Of a DNA stretch of 64,000 nucleotides, positions 27,309-37,728 are shown piece after piece (within the stretch, counting starts at the first letter, position 1; each line of letters opens with the position of its first letter). Under the pieces are notes generated by a model, which ran no database searches, was not told the DNA's origin, and saw only the letters and a program-made list of their open reading frames with translations. The translations under genes and the position numbers were made by a program. Source of the stretch: an uncultured Candidatus Saccharibacteria bacterium (GTDB lineage: Bacteria > Patescibacteriota > Minisyncoccia > JAHISW01 > Tagabacteraceae); the NCBI GenBank assembly GCA_964601305.1, contig CAZRMW010000003.1, positions 3,116 to 67,115 on the forward strand, written 5' to 3'.

Positions 27309-28922
27309 TTATTTTTGACTTATAGGTAATTCTATATAAAATGTAGAGCCTTTGTTTTCTCCTGGAGACTCTGCCCATATTTTTCCATTATGGTCTTCCA
27401 TAATTTTTTTTGCAACATATAGCCCCAATCCAGACCCATCTGTGTGAAGCTTGGAAATATCGGAAGACCGTGTAAATTTTTGGAAGATTTTTATCATAGT
27501 GTCTTTCGATATACCTACTCCAGAATCTTGTATTTTTACTAAGCAAACATTTTTTTCTTTATCTGTGCTTAGAAATACTTTTACAAAACCTTTTTGCGTG
27601 TATTTTATGGCATTGTCTATGATATTTGAAACAACCTGAATTACTTTATTTTTATCTGCTTTTACATTGCAAGATTGTTTATCACAACTAAAACTAAGTT
27701 TAATAATTTCTGCTTTTTTGTTGTTTGCTATAAAATCTTCTGTAAGTTTTTTAACAGCATCTTTTAGATCAAACTCCATAAAGTCGTATTTCATCCTTCC
27801 CATTTCTATACGGCTAATATTTAGGAAATCTTCTATCATGTTTACAACTCTCTGGCTTGCTTCAAAAATTTTCTCAATAGTTTCTTTTGTTTGCCCTTTA
27901 AGTTCGCCAAAATCTCCTTCGATAAGCATAGAAGAATAACCCTTTATGGCAGTAAGGGGTGTTCTAAGTTGGTGAGATGCGATAGAAAGAAACTCTGACT
28001 TTGCTTCGTCTAATTTTTTTAGCTCTGTGTTTGCTATCTTTAGTCTTTTTGAAGCTTGCGCCAATTCCTCTTTTATTCTAACTTCTTCTACAACCCCCCT
28101 AACGAGCATGTAGCCAAAAAATGCAACTAAACCAAAAATAGAAAATTTTAAAACGTACTCAGTGCTAGTTGTCGATAAAAAGGCGTCTATTAAGAGAAAA
28201 ACGGAAATAATAATACTAAGCATTTCAACAGCAATAACTTTTATATTCATTAGTTGGTGCTTGGTAATGGCATATACAATGAAGCCCGTCATTATCATAG
28301 AGGTGGCTTGCCCCAACCAGTTGAAATCAAAAATACCAAAAGTTGGAAGAATTAGGTTTGTAGTGTTGCCAATTATAGATGGAATAAAAATACCAGGAAG
28401 GATTACTTTTAATTGTGTTTTGAGTAGTCCTGTGCTTTCTTTTATCTTTTTGTAAAGTACTAAAAAAATTGCAAGAAAATACAGTATAAAATATACATTA
28501 TAAACTAAATAATATGTTCCCCAGAGAATGGTTTTTTCCTGCCCAGGTACAATTTGTACTCCGGTAATGACTAGGTTTTTAATGCTAGTTAAAATTAAAA
28601 TTGTAAAAACTGGCCCCCACAAAAGAATTTTAAGAATCCTTGATATGTTTAATTCCCCTGTGGGGAAACCTATAGAAAAACACAAAAGTGTTGGTGGAAT
28701 AAATATAGCAACATCGTACAAAATAATGGCCCACCACAAAGACAAATCTATCGAGGATGAGATTCTATAAAAAAACATAGTTAGAGACCACATAGCCACC
28801 GAAAGAACAAAATAAATAAACCATCTGTTTTCTTTTTGATATCTGTTTCTAAAAAAGACAACAGCGCCCAAAATTAGATTAACAAAAAGGGCTGTGATTA
28901 ATAAGATGCTTTGGTAGTCCAT
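27309..28922 (-). CDS. membrane sensor histidine kinase
   Basis: The N-terminal domain is multi-TM. The H-box SHQLRTPLTAIKGYSSML and an HATPase N/G-box region (DSGVGIS) are present. Confidence 0.8.
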   Translation of the reverse strand: MDYQSILLITALFVNLILGAVVFFRNRYQKENRWFIYFVLSVAMWSLTMFFYRISSSIDLSLWWAIILYDVAIFIPPTLLCFSIGFPTGELNISRILKILLWGPVFTILILTSIKNLVITGVQIVPGQEKTILWGTYYLVYNVYFILYFLAIFLVLYKKIKESTGLLKTQLKVILPGIFIPSIIGNTTNLILPTFGIFDFNWLGQATSMIMTGFIVYAITKHQLMNIKVIAVEMLSIIISVFLLIDAFLSTTSTEYVLKFSIFGLVAFFGYMLVRGVVEEVRIKEELAQASKRLKIANTELKKLDEAKSEFLSIASHQLRTPLTAIKGYSSMLIEGDFGELKGQTKETIEKIFEASQRVVNMIEDFLNISRIEMGRMKYDFMEFDLKDAVKKLTEDFIANNKKAEIIKLSFSCDKQSCNVKADKNKVIQVVSNIIDNAIKYTQKGFVKVFLSTDKEKNVCLVKIQDSGVGISKDTMIKIFQKFTRSSDISKLHTDGSGLGLYVAKKIMEDHNGKIWAESPGENKGSTFYIELPISQK

Positions 28923-29974
28923 ATATTTTTTATATTATCTAAATATTTTTTTGGATATATTTTACTTTGTCTTTGATAATTTTTTCTTTTAAAATTTAAC
29001 TTCGCGCTAAGTTCTCCAGATTTTTCTATAATCTCGTTGCTTAGCTCCCCTAACTCATATTTTGGTAGATCATTTGTGGCTGCTATTATTAATGTTTCTC
29101 CCAAACAAGAAAAGATATCGTGTTTTTCTGCAAGCCCCATATTGAAATGGCAATTGATATTTTCTGTTGACAATACTCCCCCGTCAATTACTAAAACATC
29201 GTTTCTTTGCTTGAGGACTTCTGGTGATATATCTGTCGGCTGTGCATCGTCTACGATAATTGCCCCAGACATTAAATCTTCTGGTGTAATTAGTGCTTCA
29301 GGGGCGCTTGTAGCAGCTATAATTAATTCCGCATTTTTGATATCTTTAATCTGATGGGAAACTTTTACTTTTGTGTTTGGCTGGTTTTCTTTTATGTTTT
29401 TTAGGGCTTTTTCTAGCAGGTCTCCTTTTCTTTGAAGATCTATAAGAAGAATATTTTTAATACCTTTGCTTGCAAGGTACCTTGCAGAGTTTGAGCCTAT
29501 TGAACCAGCGGCGCCTACCACTGCAAGTGTAATTTTGTTTTTATCTAAATTAAAATCTTTCAAGGCTCTTAATGCGCAAGAGCAAACATTGTAAGAAGTA
29601 AATGCATGGCCTGGAGTGATTCTTATATTAACTTTATCTTTTATTAGTTTTCCACCAGCAGTTACAGATGAAGTAAGCGCTCCTAGGCCGACTATCTTGG
29701 CTCCCATTTTTTCTGCTTTATTTATTGCGTCTACTATTCTTTTTTGTGCTAGTTTTCGACGCTCTAGCATTTGTTTGGCTGTTAGGGGTATACCTATTAT
29801 CCATCCTTTTATTTCTTCGTTGTTTTTTTCAAGCCCCGTTATCTTTGAAACTACTATAGGTGGCCAGTGCAAACACCAAAATTCTACCAACTTTTTAGGT
29901 AAATATTTGGTAAATTTGAATTTTCTGTGGACATCTGTATAGTCCCTAGAATGTACTAAAAACGCAAATTTCAT
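28898..29974 (-). CDS. NAD(P)-dependent oxidoreductase of the acyl-ACP reductase (AAR)/shikimate-DH-like family
   Basis: The following is compared from memory against cyanobacterial AAR. FAFLVHSRD ... WPPIVVSKITG ... ITPGHAFTSYNVC ... ITLAVVGAAGSIGSNSARYL resemble AAR motifs (IGHLTS ... APPQIVDEITV ... TGNTHTAYVIC ... VAVVGATGDIGSAVCRWL). Confidence 0.5.
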   Translation of the reverse strand: MKFAFLVHSRDYTDVHRKFKFTKYLPKKLVEFWCLHWPPIVVSKITGLEKNNEEIKGWIIGIPLTAKQMLERRKLAQKRIVDAINKAEKMGAKIVGLGALTSSVTAGGKLIKDKVNIRITPGHAFTSYNVCSCALRALKDFNLDKNKITLAVVGAAGSIGSNSARYLASKGIKNILLIDLQRKGDLLEKALKNIKENQPNTKVKVSHQIKDIKNAELIIAATSAPEALITPEDLMSGAIIVDDAQPTDISPEVLKQRNDVLVIDGGVLSTENINCHFNMGLAEKHDIFSCLGETLIIAATNDLPKYELGELSNEIIEKSGELSAKLNFKRKNYQRQSKIYPKKYLDNIKNIWTTKASY

Positions 29975-29989
29975 AGCCTTTATTATACA

Positions 29990-30628
29990 CTACCTCAATG
30001 TTTTGTATAAGTTTTCTATTATTTTCTTCATATATTCAGCACCCTCTTCTGGAGTTAAATCATTAGGAAGATGAAAGATATTCCCAAATTTTATTTGGTA
30101 TCTTTTGCAAAAACCATTTTCCTTCATCTTAAAAACAACTGGTAAAATTCTTACATTAGTTTTTAAAGCTAAATAAGAAGCACCTCTTTTAAATGGACAT
30201 ATTTCTTTTTCACGACAAACCCTACCTTCGGGGTGTAGAAAAACAACCCCATTGTTTTTAATAATGTTTTCCGGTTCTTTTAATGCAATATCCAAACCTT
30301 TGCCCCTAATAGCCGGAAAGACTCCAAATGTTTTGTAAACTAATTTTATAAAACCAATCTTAAAAAGAAGGTTCACAAAAGGATTATTAAAAAAATTGTT
30401 TTCTCCCATTATTTTTATTGGGTGGAGCTTGGATCTTAGGGACATTGCACCTCCCATAGCAAAGGTATCTAAAGAAAATTTATGGTTTCCGATAATAAGT
30501 AGTGGGCCGGACAGATTTTTTATTTTTTCTGGATTTACAACTTCGAACTTAAAAAAAATCTTGAAGAGAATCTTCATTAATCCAGTTACGAGTATTTTTT
30601 GTGTCCACTTAGAAAAAAAATCTTTCAT
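29990..30628 (-). CDS. plsC: lysophospholipid/1-acyl-sn-glycerol-3-phosphate acyltransferase family protein
   Basis: The HxxxxD motif GNHKFSLD and the PEGR motif (LHPEGRVCRE) are present. Confidence 0.7.
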   Translation of the reverse strand: MKDFFSKWTQKILVTGLMKILFKIFFKFEVVNPEKIKNLSGPLLIIGNHKFSLDTFAMGGAMSLRSKLHPIKIMGENNFFNNPFVNLLFKIGFIKLVYKTFGVFPAIRGKGLDIALKEPENIIKNNGVVFLHPEGRVCREKEICPFKRGASYLALKTNVRILPVVFKMKENGFCKRYQIKFGNIFHLPNDLTPEEGAEYMKKIIENLYKTLR

Positions 30629-30678
30629 TATAAATATATTGACTTAATTTTTATATTTTCTACAATATGTAGATACCT

Positions 30679-30751
30679 GCCCCGTTAGCTCAGCTGGTAG
30701 AGCAGCTCCCTTTTAAGGAGACGGTCGGGGGTTCGAATCCCTCACGGGGTA
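30679..30751 (+). tRNA. tRNA-Lys (anticodon UUU)
   Basis: A hand-folded cloverleaf gives acceptor GCCCCGT/ACGGGGT, D-arm GCTC/GAGC, anticodon stem GCTCC/GGAGA with loop CTTTTAA (U33, A37), T-arm GGGGG-TTCGAAT-CCCTC and discriminator A. No CCA is encoded. Confidence 0.85.
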
Positions 30752-30765
30752 CAAAACAAAATATT

Positions 30766-31824
30766 TTATATCCCTTCTTTTTTCAACTCTTCTATCAGTT
30801 TTTTACTTTTTCTAGAAAGATTTTTGGGTAATTCTACCTTTATTTTTACCATTAAATCTCCTCTACTACTTGTGCTGATCGGTACACCCTTTTTCTTTAC
30901 TCTTAAAATTTCTCCAGTATTTACTCCTGTAGGAATTTTGAGCTCTATATTTCCATCTAATGTTTCTATTTTTCTTTTACCCCCAAGAAGTGCTTCGGAA
31001 AGAGGAATGCTTAAATCTAATGTTAGATTGTTCCCTTCTCTTTTGAAAGTAAAATCTTCCTTTACATGTATTTTTATATACAAATCTCCGGCTACTCCAC
31101 CAGTTATGGCTTCACCTTTTTGGACGAGCTTTATCATTTCCCCATTGTAAATTCCCGCGGGCACATCTATAACTATTTCTTCTGGTTTTTTAACTATTCC
31201 TTCTCCACGACAGGCTTTACATTTTTTGGAAGGAATTTTGCCAGAACCTATACATTTGGAGCATGTTTTTACAGAAGTAAAAGCACCGAAAAAAGATTGC
31301 TTGGTTTCATTTATTTTTCCTGCACCATTACAATATTTACAGGTATTAAAAGCGGCATCTGGCGCGGCCCCATTCCCTTTGCAGTCTTCACAAAAAGCAT
31401 GTTTTGTAAGAAGAACTTTTCTTGTTGTTCCAAAAATAGACTCTCTAAAAGATAGTTCAAGATCTATAGCAATGTCTCTCCCTCTTCTTTTTTGTCTACC
31501 TCCTCCACCAGAAAAACCAAATATATCTCCAAACATATCTCCTAAGTTTGAAAAGTCTGCGGATTGAAATCCACTAAAATCGAATCCACCTCCTGGCTGT
31601 CCACCTCCTGCACCACTAAAAACCTGGCCATACCTGTCGTATTCAGATCTCCTTTGTTCGTTTCCTAAAATATAATATGCCTCGTTTATTTCTTTAAACT
31701 TTGCTTCGTCCCCACCTTTTTTGTCTGGGTGGTATTTGTGTGCTAGCTTTCGGTAAGCCTTCTTAAGCTCTTCTTTGGAAGAGCTTTTATTAACACCTAA
31801 AACTTGATAATAATCTTTACTCAT
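30766..31824 (-). CDS. dnaJ: chaperone DnaJ
   Basis: The J-domain (YYQVLGV ... HPDK), a G/F-rich linker and four CxxCxGxG zinc-finger repeats are present. Confidence 0.9.
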   Translation of the reverse strand: MSKDYYQVLGVNKSSSKEELKKAYRKLAHKYHPDKKGGDEAKFKEINEAYYILGNEQRRSEYDRYGQVFSGAGGGQPGGGFDFSGFQSADFSNLGDMFGDIFGFSGGGGRQKRRGRDIAIDLELSFRESIFGTTRKVLLTKHAFCEDCKGNGAAPDAAFNTCKYCNGAGKINETKQSFFGAFTSVKTCSKCIGSGKIPSKKCKACRGEGIVKKPEEIVIDVPAGIYNGEMIKLVQKGEAITGGVAGDLYIKIHVKEDFTFKREGNNLTLDLSIPLSEALLGGKRKIETLDGNIELKIPTGVNTGEILRVKKKGVPISTSSRGDLMVKIKVELPKNLSRKSKKLIEELKKEGI

Positions 31825-33760
31825 CTTTTTTATCTTTGCTTGCCTCGTCTTCAGACGAGTCTTCGTTTTTGTTGTCGTCTACTTCTTTGTATTCTGCATC
31901 TTTTACAGTATCATCTTTTGGAGCTTCGTCTGTTTTTGGTGCTTCTGTTGCTGGCCCTGCATCTTTATACATCTCTGCGCCAATTTTTTGAATTTCAGAA
32001 GATAGTACTTCGGTTTTAGATTTTATTTCAGCTATATCGTTTTTGTCTTTTATATCTTTTAATTCTTTTATTTTTTCTTCAATATTTTTCTTAACGTTTT
32101 CATCTAATTTGTCTCCCGCATCTTTCATAGCTTTTTCTGCTGTGTAAACTAAAGTATCTGCAGTATTTTTTATTTCCAAATCTTCTTTTTTCTTTTTGTC
32201 TTCTTCTGCGTGTGCTTCTGCATCTTGTTTCATTTTTTCTATCTCTTCTTTAGATAAATCCGAAGAAGCTTCTATTCTAATAGATTGCTCTTTGTTTGTT
32301 GCTTTATCTTTTGCTTTTACACTCAAAATGCCGTTTGCATCTATATCAAACATTACTTCAACTTGTGGCACGCCACGTGGTGCTGGTGGAATACCATCCA
32401 AGATAAATCTGCCAAGTGTCCTGTTGTCGTTTGCCATACCTCTTTCCCCTTGAAGTACATGTATTTCTACAGAGCCCTGATTGTCTTGGGCAGTAGAAAA
32501 AACCTGCGACCGAGAAACAGGTACAGTGGTATTTTTTTCTATTGTTTTCGTCATTACGCCACCTAGCGTCTCCAATCCTAAAGACAAAGGTGTCACATCG
32601 AGAAGAAGAACATCCTTTACATCTCCTTGTAAAACTCCTGCTTGAATGGCTGCTCCAGAGGCTACAACTTCATCTGGATTAATAGATTTGTTCGGTTCTT
32701 TATTAAAGAGTTCTTTTACGGCATTTTGTATGGCAGGCATTCTTGTTTGTCCACCAACTAAAATTATTTCGTCTATATCAGAAATTTTAAAACCAGCAGC
32801 ATCTACTGCTTCTTTTGTAATTTTTACAGACCGGTCTATATATTCACTTACTAAGTCTTCCAATTTTGATCTAGATAGTTTTAGTAGCAAATGTTGTGGT
32901 CCGTTTTCGTTTGAAGTAATAAAAGGTATATTTATTTCGGTTTCTACTGTGCTTGAAAGTTCGTGCTTTGACTTTTCTGCAGCTTCTTTTAGACGCTGAA
33001 GCGCTAATTGATCTTTAGAAATATCTATACCGCTTTCTTTTTTAAATTCATTTATAATCCAATCTATTATTTTTTGATCTAAATCGTCTCCACCCAAATG
33101 TGTATCTCCGTCGGTAGACTTTACTTCTATAACATCGTCGCCAACTTCGAGAACTGACACATCAAATGTTCCACCACCAAAATCATAAACAACAATTTGT
33201 TCATTTTTCCTTTTATTAAATCCATATGCTAGAGCTGCCGCTGTAGGTTCGTTTAAAATTCTTTTTACTTTAAAACCTGCAATTTCTCCTGCATCTTTGG
33301 TGGCCTTTCTTTGGCTGTCGTTGAAGTAGGCCGGTACTGTAATAATAGCTTCTTCTATTTTTTCTCCCACTCTGCTTTCGGCATCTTTTTTAAGTTTTTG
33401 TAAAAACATAGCAGAAATTTCTGCTGGCCTGTGCCATTTGTCTCCCATTTTTAGCTCCACTCCATCGCCACTGCCGCTTCGCAGTTCGTATGGCAAAAGC
33501 TCTTTATCTTTTTGTATTTCTTCGTCAGAAAATTTTCTACCAATAAGTCTTTTGGCAGAAAAAATAGTATTTTGAGGGTTTGTAATTGCCTGTCTTTTTG
33601 CCAAGAGTCCTACCACCCTCTCTCCTGCTTTTGAAACACCAACAATAGAAGGTGTGGTTCTACCTCCTTCGTCGTTTTCTAAAATTTTTGGTTCACCACC
33701 CTCTACAATAGCCATTGCTGAGTTTGTTGTACCTAAGTCTATTCCTAATATTTTTGACAT
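31817..33760 (-). CDS. dnaK: chaperone DnaK (Hsp70)
   Basis: The N-terminal signature [17 protein letters not shown] and Hsp70 motifs throughout are present. An acidic C-terminus is present. Confidence 0.95.
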   Translation of the reverse strand: MSKILGIDLGTTNSAMAIVEGGEPKILENDEGGRTTPSIVGVSKAGERVVGLLAKRQAITNPQNTIFSAKRLIGRKFSDEEIQKDKELLPYELRSGSGDGVELKMGDKWHRPAEISAMFLQKLKKDAESRVGEKIEEAIITVPAYFNDSQRKATKDAGEIAGFKVKRILNEPTAAALAYGFNKRKNEQIVVYDFGGGTFDVSVLEVGDDVIEVKSTDGDTHLGGDDLDQKIIDWIINEFKKESGIDISKDQLALQRLKEAAEKSKHELSSTVETEINIPFITSNENGPQHLLLKLSRSKLEDLVSEYIDRSVKITKEAVDAAGFKISDIDEIILVGGQTRMPAIQNAVKELFNKEPNKSINPDEVVASGAAIQAGVLQGDVKDVLLLDVTPLSLGLETLGGVMTKTIEKNTTVPVSRSQVFSTAQDNQGSVEIHVLQGERGMANDNRTLGRFILDGIPPAPRGVPQVEVMFDIDANGILSVKAKDKATNKEQSIRIEASSDLSKEEIEKMKQDAEAHAEEDKKKKEDLEIKNTADTLVYTAEKAMKDAGDKLDENVKKNIEEKIKELKDIKDKNDIAEIKSKTEVLSSEIQKIGAEMYKDAGPATEAPKTDEAPKDDTVKDAEYKEVDDNKNEDSSEDEASKDKKDE

Positions 33761-33776
33761 AATTTTTTATAAATTT

Positions 33777-34262
33777 TTATTTGCTAATTTTTACTTTTGC
33801 AGCTCTTAAAATTTTACCGTTTAAAACGTATCCTTTTTGAATCTCTTCTACAATTTCCCCTTCTTTCAAATCTGATTTCACTTCTTCTACTGATTCATGG
33901 AAAATTGGATTAAACTTTTCGCCTCCCGTTTTTATTATTTCAAGCCCATTTTTCTCTAAAATGCTTAGCAGTTGAGATTTTATTAAATCAAAACCTTTGT
34001 CATATTCATTTTTTAGGGCAATATCAAAACTATCTAAAACGATTAAAATTTCAGTAATTAAAAGCTGGTTAGAAAATTTCGAAAACTTAGACCTCTTTTC
34101 TTCTTCCTCTTTTCTAGCGTTTATAAAATCAGCTTTTGCTCTTTGCCATCCATCTAAATACTCGTTTTTTTCCTTTTGGCATTTTTTCAGCTGACTTTTC
34201 AGTTTTTTAAGTTTGTCGTCCTCGTTTTCATTTTCTAGTTCAATTTGAATATCATCAGACAT
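33777..34262 (-). CDS. grpE: nucleotide exchange factor GrpE
   Basis: A coiled-coil N-terminus and a GrpE C-terminal beta domain are present. It sits in operon order with dnaK. Confidence 0.8.
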   Translation of the reverse strand: MSDDIQIELENENEDDKLKKLKSQLKKCQKEKNEYLDGWQRAKADFINARKEEEEKRSKFSKFSNQLLITEILIVLDSFDIALKNEYDKGFDLIKSQLLSILEKNGLEIIKTGGEKFNPIFHESVEEVKSDLKEGEIVEEIQKGYVLNGKILRAAKVKISK

Positions 34263-34333
34263 ATTAGTGTTTAGTGTTTAGGGACTAGTGTTTAGGAAAC
34301 TTTTTCTAATCACCAATTACTAGTGGCTAATAC

Positions 34334-34804
34334 CTAGCGCTTGCTCCATTGTGCAGCTTTTCTTGCTTTCTTTAGTCCAAACTTTCTTCTTTCTTTCGCT
34401 CTAGGGTCTCTTGTTAGGAAACCTTCCGGTTTTAATATTAGCCTAAATTCTGGATTGAATTTAAGGAGTGCCCTGCTTATCCCCAATCTTATTGCTCCAG
34501 CTTGCGAACTAATTCCGCCTCCCTTTACTTTTACGCTTATAAAAAAGTTTTTTAAAACTTCAACTTTTTTAAGAGGGGCTTTTACTGTATCTCGAAGCTC
34601 TTTAATTGGTAGATAAGTTAACATTGCTTTGTCGTTTATTAAAACATCTCCTTTTTTGCCTTCAGTGGGTTTCTCAAAAAGCCTCACTCTTGCAACAGAG
34701 CTTTTTCTCCTTCCCACAGCTTCAAAGTACTTTCCGCCAGCTGGCGAATTTTTCTTCTTTCTTGCCCCGCTCGGCGGGGTTGTTTTTTCTTTTTTTTCTG
34801 GCAT
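34334..34804 (-). CDS. rpsI: 30S ribosomal protein S9 with a ~25-aa N-terminal extension containing an in-frame GC-rich palindromic element
   Basis: GRRKSSVARV ... the C-terminal AAQWSKR is the S9 signature. The extension [18 protein letters not shown] is encoded by the GC-rich hairpin GCCCCGCTCGGCGGGGT at 34763-34779. Confidence 0.85.
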   Translation of the reverse strand: MPEKKEKTTPPSGARKKKNSPAGGKYFEAVGRRKSSVARVRLFEKPTEGKKGDVLINDKAMLTYLPIKELRDTVKAPLKKVEVLKNFFISVKVKGGGISSQAGAIRLGISRALLKFNPEFRLILKPEGFLTRDPRAKERRKFGLKKARKAAQWSKR

Positions 34805-34806
34805 AT

Positions 34807-35166
34807 TTATGCAAATTTAATATTTTTTAACATCTCTTTTCTCAATTTGTTTTTTGGAAGCATTCCTCTTACAACTTTCAAAAACAACTTGTTTGGATCG
34901 TTTTTAAGCATTGTTTCAAACTTAATTGTCTTTAAACCGCCAGGATATCCAGAAAATCTCTTGTACTCTTTATCGTTTAATTTGTTTCCAGACAACTTTA
35001 TTTTCTCGACATTAGATATTTTTACTTCTACTTTTGGAGCAATGTTTGGCTGAAAACTCGGACTATTTTTCCCACGCAAAATTATCGCTACCTCGGATGC
35101 CAGCCTACCAAGTATTTTACCCTCTGCATTTATTTCATATAAATTCTTTTCCATGGTTTTACACAA
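34807..35166 (-). CDS. rplM: 50S ribosomal protein L13
   Basis: Protein-level resemblance to L13 (segment EINAEGKILGRLASEVAIILRGK). The start is probably at the internal MEKNLYE. Confidence 0.85.
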   Translation of the reverse strand: MCKTMEKNLYEINAEGKILGRLASEVAIILRGKNSPSFQPNIAPKVEVKISNVEKIKLSGNKLNDKEYKRFSGYPGGLKTIKFETMLKNDPNKLFLKVVRGMLPKNKLRKEMLKNIKFA

Positions 35167-35506
35167 ATTCGATCACAGCCATTTTACTGCCATCTCCTTT
35201 TCTTGGATTGGTTTTTATAATCCTTGTATAGCCGCCAGTCCTTTTTTTATATCTCGGGGCAATATCTTCAACCAGTTTTTTTACTGAATTTTTGGTAAAA
35301 CTTTCAGCCAAAATACGTCTATTAGCAACGGTATCTTTTCTTGCCTTTGTAATCATTTTTTCTATCTTTGGTCTTAATTCTTTTGCTTTTGCTTCGGTTG
35401 TTTCTATTTTTTCACTCAAAACAAGACTGTTAAGCAACGAATTTATAAGCGCCCTTCTTTGGTCTTTGGTTCTTCCTAATTTTCTTATTTTACTGCCGTG
35501 TTTCAT
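35159..35506 (-). CDS. rplQ: 50S ribosomal protein L17
   Basis: Protein-level resemblance to L17 (segment MKHGSKIRKLGRTKDQRRALINSL). Confidence 0.85.
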   Translation of the reverse strand: MKHGSKIRKLGRTKDQRRALINSLLNSLVLSEKIETTEAKAKELRPKIEKMITKARKDTVANRRILAESFTKNSVKKLVEDIAPRYKKRTGGYTRIIKTNPRKGDGSKMAVIEFV

Positions 35507-35595
35507 AATTCAGCTTCCAGTACTCAGCTTTCAGCTTTCAGACTATTTAATCACTTTGTTTGTTGTCTGTCTACTGATGGCTGGTAGCTGGCTAC

Positions 35596-36630
35596 TTATT
35601 TTAATATTAATCCAAAATTACCTAAGGCTCTTCTTATTTCGTTTAGAGCTTTTTCTCCCAACCCATCTATGCTCAAAAGATCTTCTTCTTTCTTTCTTGT
35701 TAATCCACCCACTGTTCGTATACCAGCCTTTGACAAAGCATTTATCGTTCTACTAGATAGATTTATATCTTCTACCCTTGTTTTTAGAAAGTCTTCTTCT
35801 TCCTTTCCTTTGTCTTCTTCTTTATCTTCTTCTTCCTTTTGCTTAGCCATCTCTTTTTCCTCTTCTTTTCTGATTTTTGCCATTTTTGCTTCTTCTTGTT
35901 TGAATTTTGACTCTTCTATTATTTTTTCTGATTCATCTTCAGAAATACCAACAACAGCACTTAATTGTTTTATTAAAGTTCTTATAGAATTTTCTAAAGC
36001 TTCTCTTGGAGAAATACTTCCATCTGTTTCAATAAGAAATCTTATTTTATTGTAGTCTGTTCTGTCTCCAACACGCATGTTTTCTACTTCGTAATTTACC
36101 CTCTTCACTGGTGTAAACATGGCGTCTAGCATTAAAACCCCAGTTTCTACTTTTTCTTTTTTCAAAACCTCTCTTGGCACATACCCCAAACCTTTTTCTA
36201 CCGTTATCTCTATGTTTAGTTTAGATTTTTTGTCTGTTAAATTTGCAATTACTAAATCTTTATTTAAAATCTCAAGCTGTGACGGAGCTTTGAAGTCTCC
36301 AGCCGAAACCTTTGTAACACCCTTTGCTTCCAAAGTAGCCTTGACAGGTTCCCCGCTCTCTAGATTGAACCTCATTTTTTTAATATTTAAAAGCACGGCA
36401 ATAACATCTTCCTTAATACCTTCCATTGTTGAAAATTCGTGGTTAACGCCGTCTATTTTTACCATAGTTACTGCGGCACCAGGCAAAGAAGAAAGAATAA
36501 CTCTTCTTAGAGAATTTCCTAAAGTGTGCCCATAGCCAGCATAAAGACCCTCCATTTCGTATGTTCCTTTGTTATCTTCCTCCAAAATTATCTTCGGTCT
36601 TGATGGTAAAATTATTTCAAAATTTGACAT
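35596..36630 (-). CDS. rpoA: DNA-directed RNA polymerase subunit alpha
   Basis: An N-terminal dimerisation domain and an acidic linker are present. The C-terminal domain carries DLLSIDGLGEKALNEI. Confidence 0.9.
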   Translation of the reverse strand: MSNFEIILPSRPKIILEEDNKGTYEMEGLYAGYGHTLGNSLRRVILSSLPGAAVTMVKIDGVNHEFSTMEGIKEDVIAVLLNIKKMRFNLESGEPVKATLEAKGVTKVSAGDFKAPSQLEILNKDLVIANLTDKKSKLNIEITVEKGLGYVPREVLKKEKVETGVLMLDAMFTPVKRVNYEVENMRVGDRTDYNKIRFLIETDGSISPREALENSIRTLIKQLSAVVGISEDESEKIIEESKFKQEEAKMAKIRKEEEKEMAKQKEEEDKEEDKGKEEEDFLKTRVEDINLSSRTINALSKAGIRTVGGLTRKKEEDLLSIDGLGEKALNEIRRALGNFGLILK

Positions 36631-36665
36631 AATATATTTTTTAATTTTAATAATTTATAAAAATT

Positions 36666-37286
36666 TTATCTTGAATAAAAACCAATAACTGAATTTAAAT
36701 TAACTCCTGTTTCTGTTTCTTCAAGTACTGGTGTTTTTACGACTTCGCCAGTTTTTGAAACTTTGTCTAACTTAAGCCATGTTGGTGTATTATATTTTTT
36801 AAGATAAATATCCATATCTGAAAAAACTTTTTTGCCTTCACTCTCTTTTCTTGTAGAAATTTTGTCCCCAACTTTTACTTGTCTTGACGGAATATCTGTT
36901 TTTCTGCCATTTACACAAATATGCCCATGGCCTACTACTTGCCTTGCTATACTTCTAGATTTTGTTAATCCTAGCCTGTAAACAACATTATCTAGCCTAG
37001 ATTCTAAAAGAGAAAGAATAAGAGCTCCTGTATTTGAACCACTTTTGTTCATAGCCTTTCTTACATAGCCTTCAAATTGCTTTTCCCTCAGGCCATACAT
37101 AAACTTTAGTTTTTGTTTTTCTTTTAGTTGCAGACCGTACTCTGAAAGCATTTTAAATCTTTTTGCTCTTTTTCCTGGCGGGTAAGACTTTCGCGTAGTT
37201 GGACATTTGGCAGTAAAACACTTCTCTTCTTTTAAGAAAAGTTTTTGCCCCGCTCGTCTACAAGTTTTACATTTTGTTGTACTCAT
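36666..37286 (-). CDS. rpsD: 30S ribosomal protein S4
   Basis: An N-terminal zinc motif (CKTCRR ... C...C) and an S4 RNA-binding domain are present. Confidence 0.9.
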   Translation of the reverse strand: MSTTKCKTCRRAGQKLFLKEEKCFTAKCPTTRKSYPPGKRAKRFKMLSEYGLQLKEKQKLKFMYGLREKQFEGYVRKAMNKSGSNTGALILSLLESRLDNVVYRLGLTKSRSIARQVVGHGHICVNGRKTDIPSRQVKVGDKISTRKESEGKKVFSDMDIYLKKYNTPTWLKLDKVSKTGEVVKTPVLEETETGVNLNSVIGFYSR

Positions 37287-37288
37287 AT

Positions 37289-37723
37289 TTATACTCTTCT
37301 TGGTTTTTTAGCCTTTGGACCATTGTGTGGAATTGGTGTGGTGTCCTTTAGCGAAATAATATCAAAACCTTTGTTTCCAAATGTTCTAATTGCTGATTCA
37401 CGACCACCCCCCACACCTTTTACTTCTATTGCTATTTCTTTTACTCCTATTTTAATCGCTTTTTCCCCTATAAGATCTGCTACTCTTGAAGCTGCAAAAG
37501 GAGTAGCTTTTTTAGCTCCTCTAAAACCAAGGTTACCGGCTGAGGCCCACATAACTGTATTTCCAGCTCTGTCTGTAAAAGTAACTCGTGTATTATTGTA
37601 AGTGGCTTCTATATATACATTGCCCTCCGAAAGTTTTTTCTTGGGAATACGATTAAGAGCCCTCGCCTTCATTTCAGCGCTCATTCCCCCACCTTTTTCT
37701 TTTATAATTCTTTTTTTACCCAT
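37289..37723 (-). CDS. rpsK: 30S ribosomal protein S11
   Basis: Protein-level resemblance to S11 (segment GNVYIEATYNNTRVTFTD ... ASRVADLIGEKA). Confidence 0.9.
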   Translation of the reverse strand: MGKKRIIKEKGGGMSAEMKARALNRIPKKKLSEGNVYIEATYNNTRVTFTDRAGNTVMWASAGNLGFRGAKKATPFAASRVADLIGEKAIKIGVKEIAIEVKGVGGGRESAIRTFGNKGFDIISLKDTTPIPHNGPKAKKPRRV

Positions 37724-37728
37724 ATTTA

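Noticed and set aside
34334-34804. Treating the rpsI and uvrA N-terminal extensions as mis-called starts so that the GC hairpins would be UTR.
   Set aside because: No alternative in-frame ATG/GTG/TTG with an RBS exists between the hairpin and the conserved S9 (GRRKSS) or UvrA (KGARVHNL) cores. The annotated ATG is therefore retained and the element is considered in-frame.
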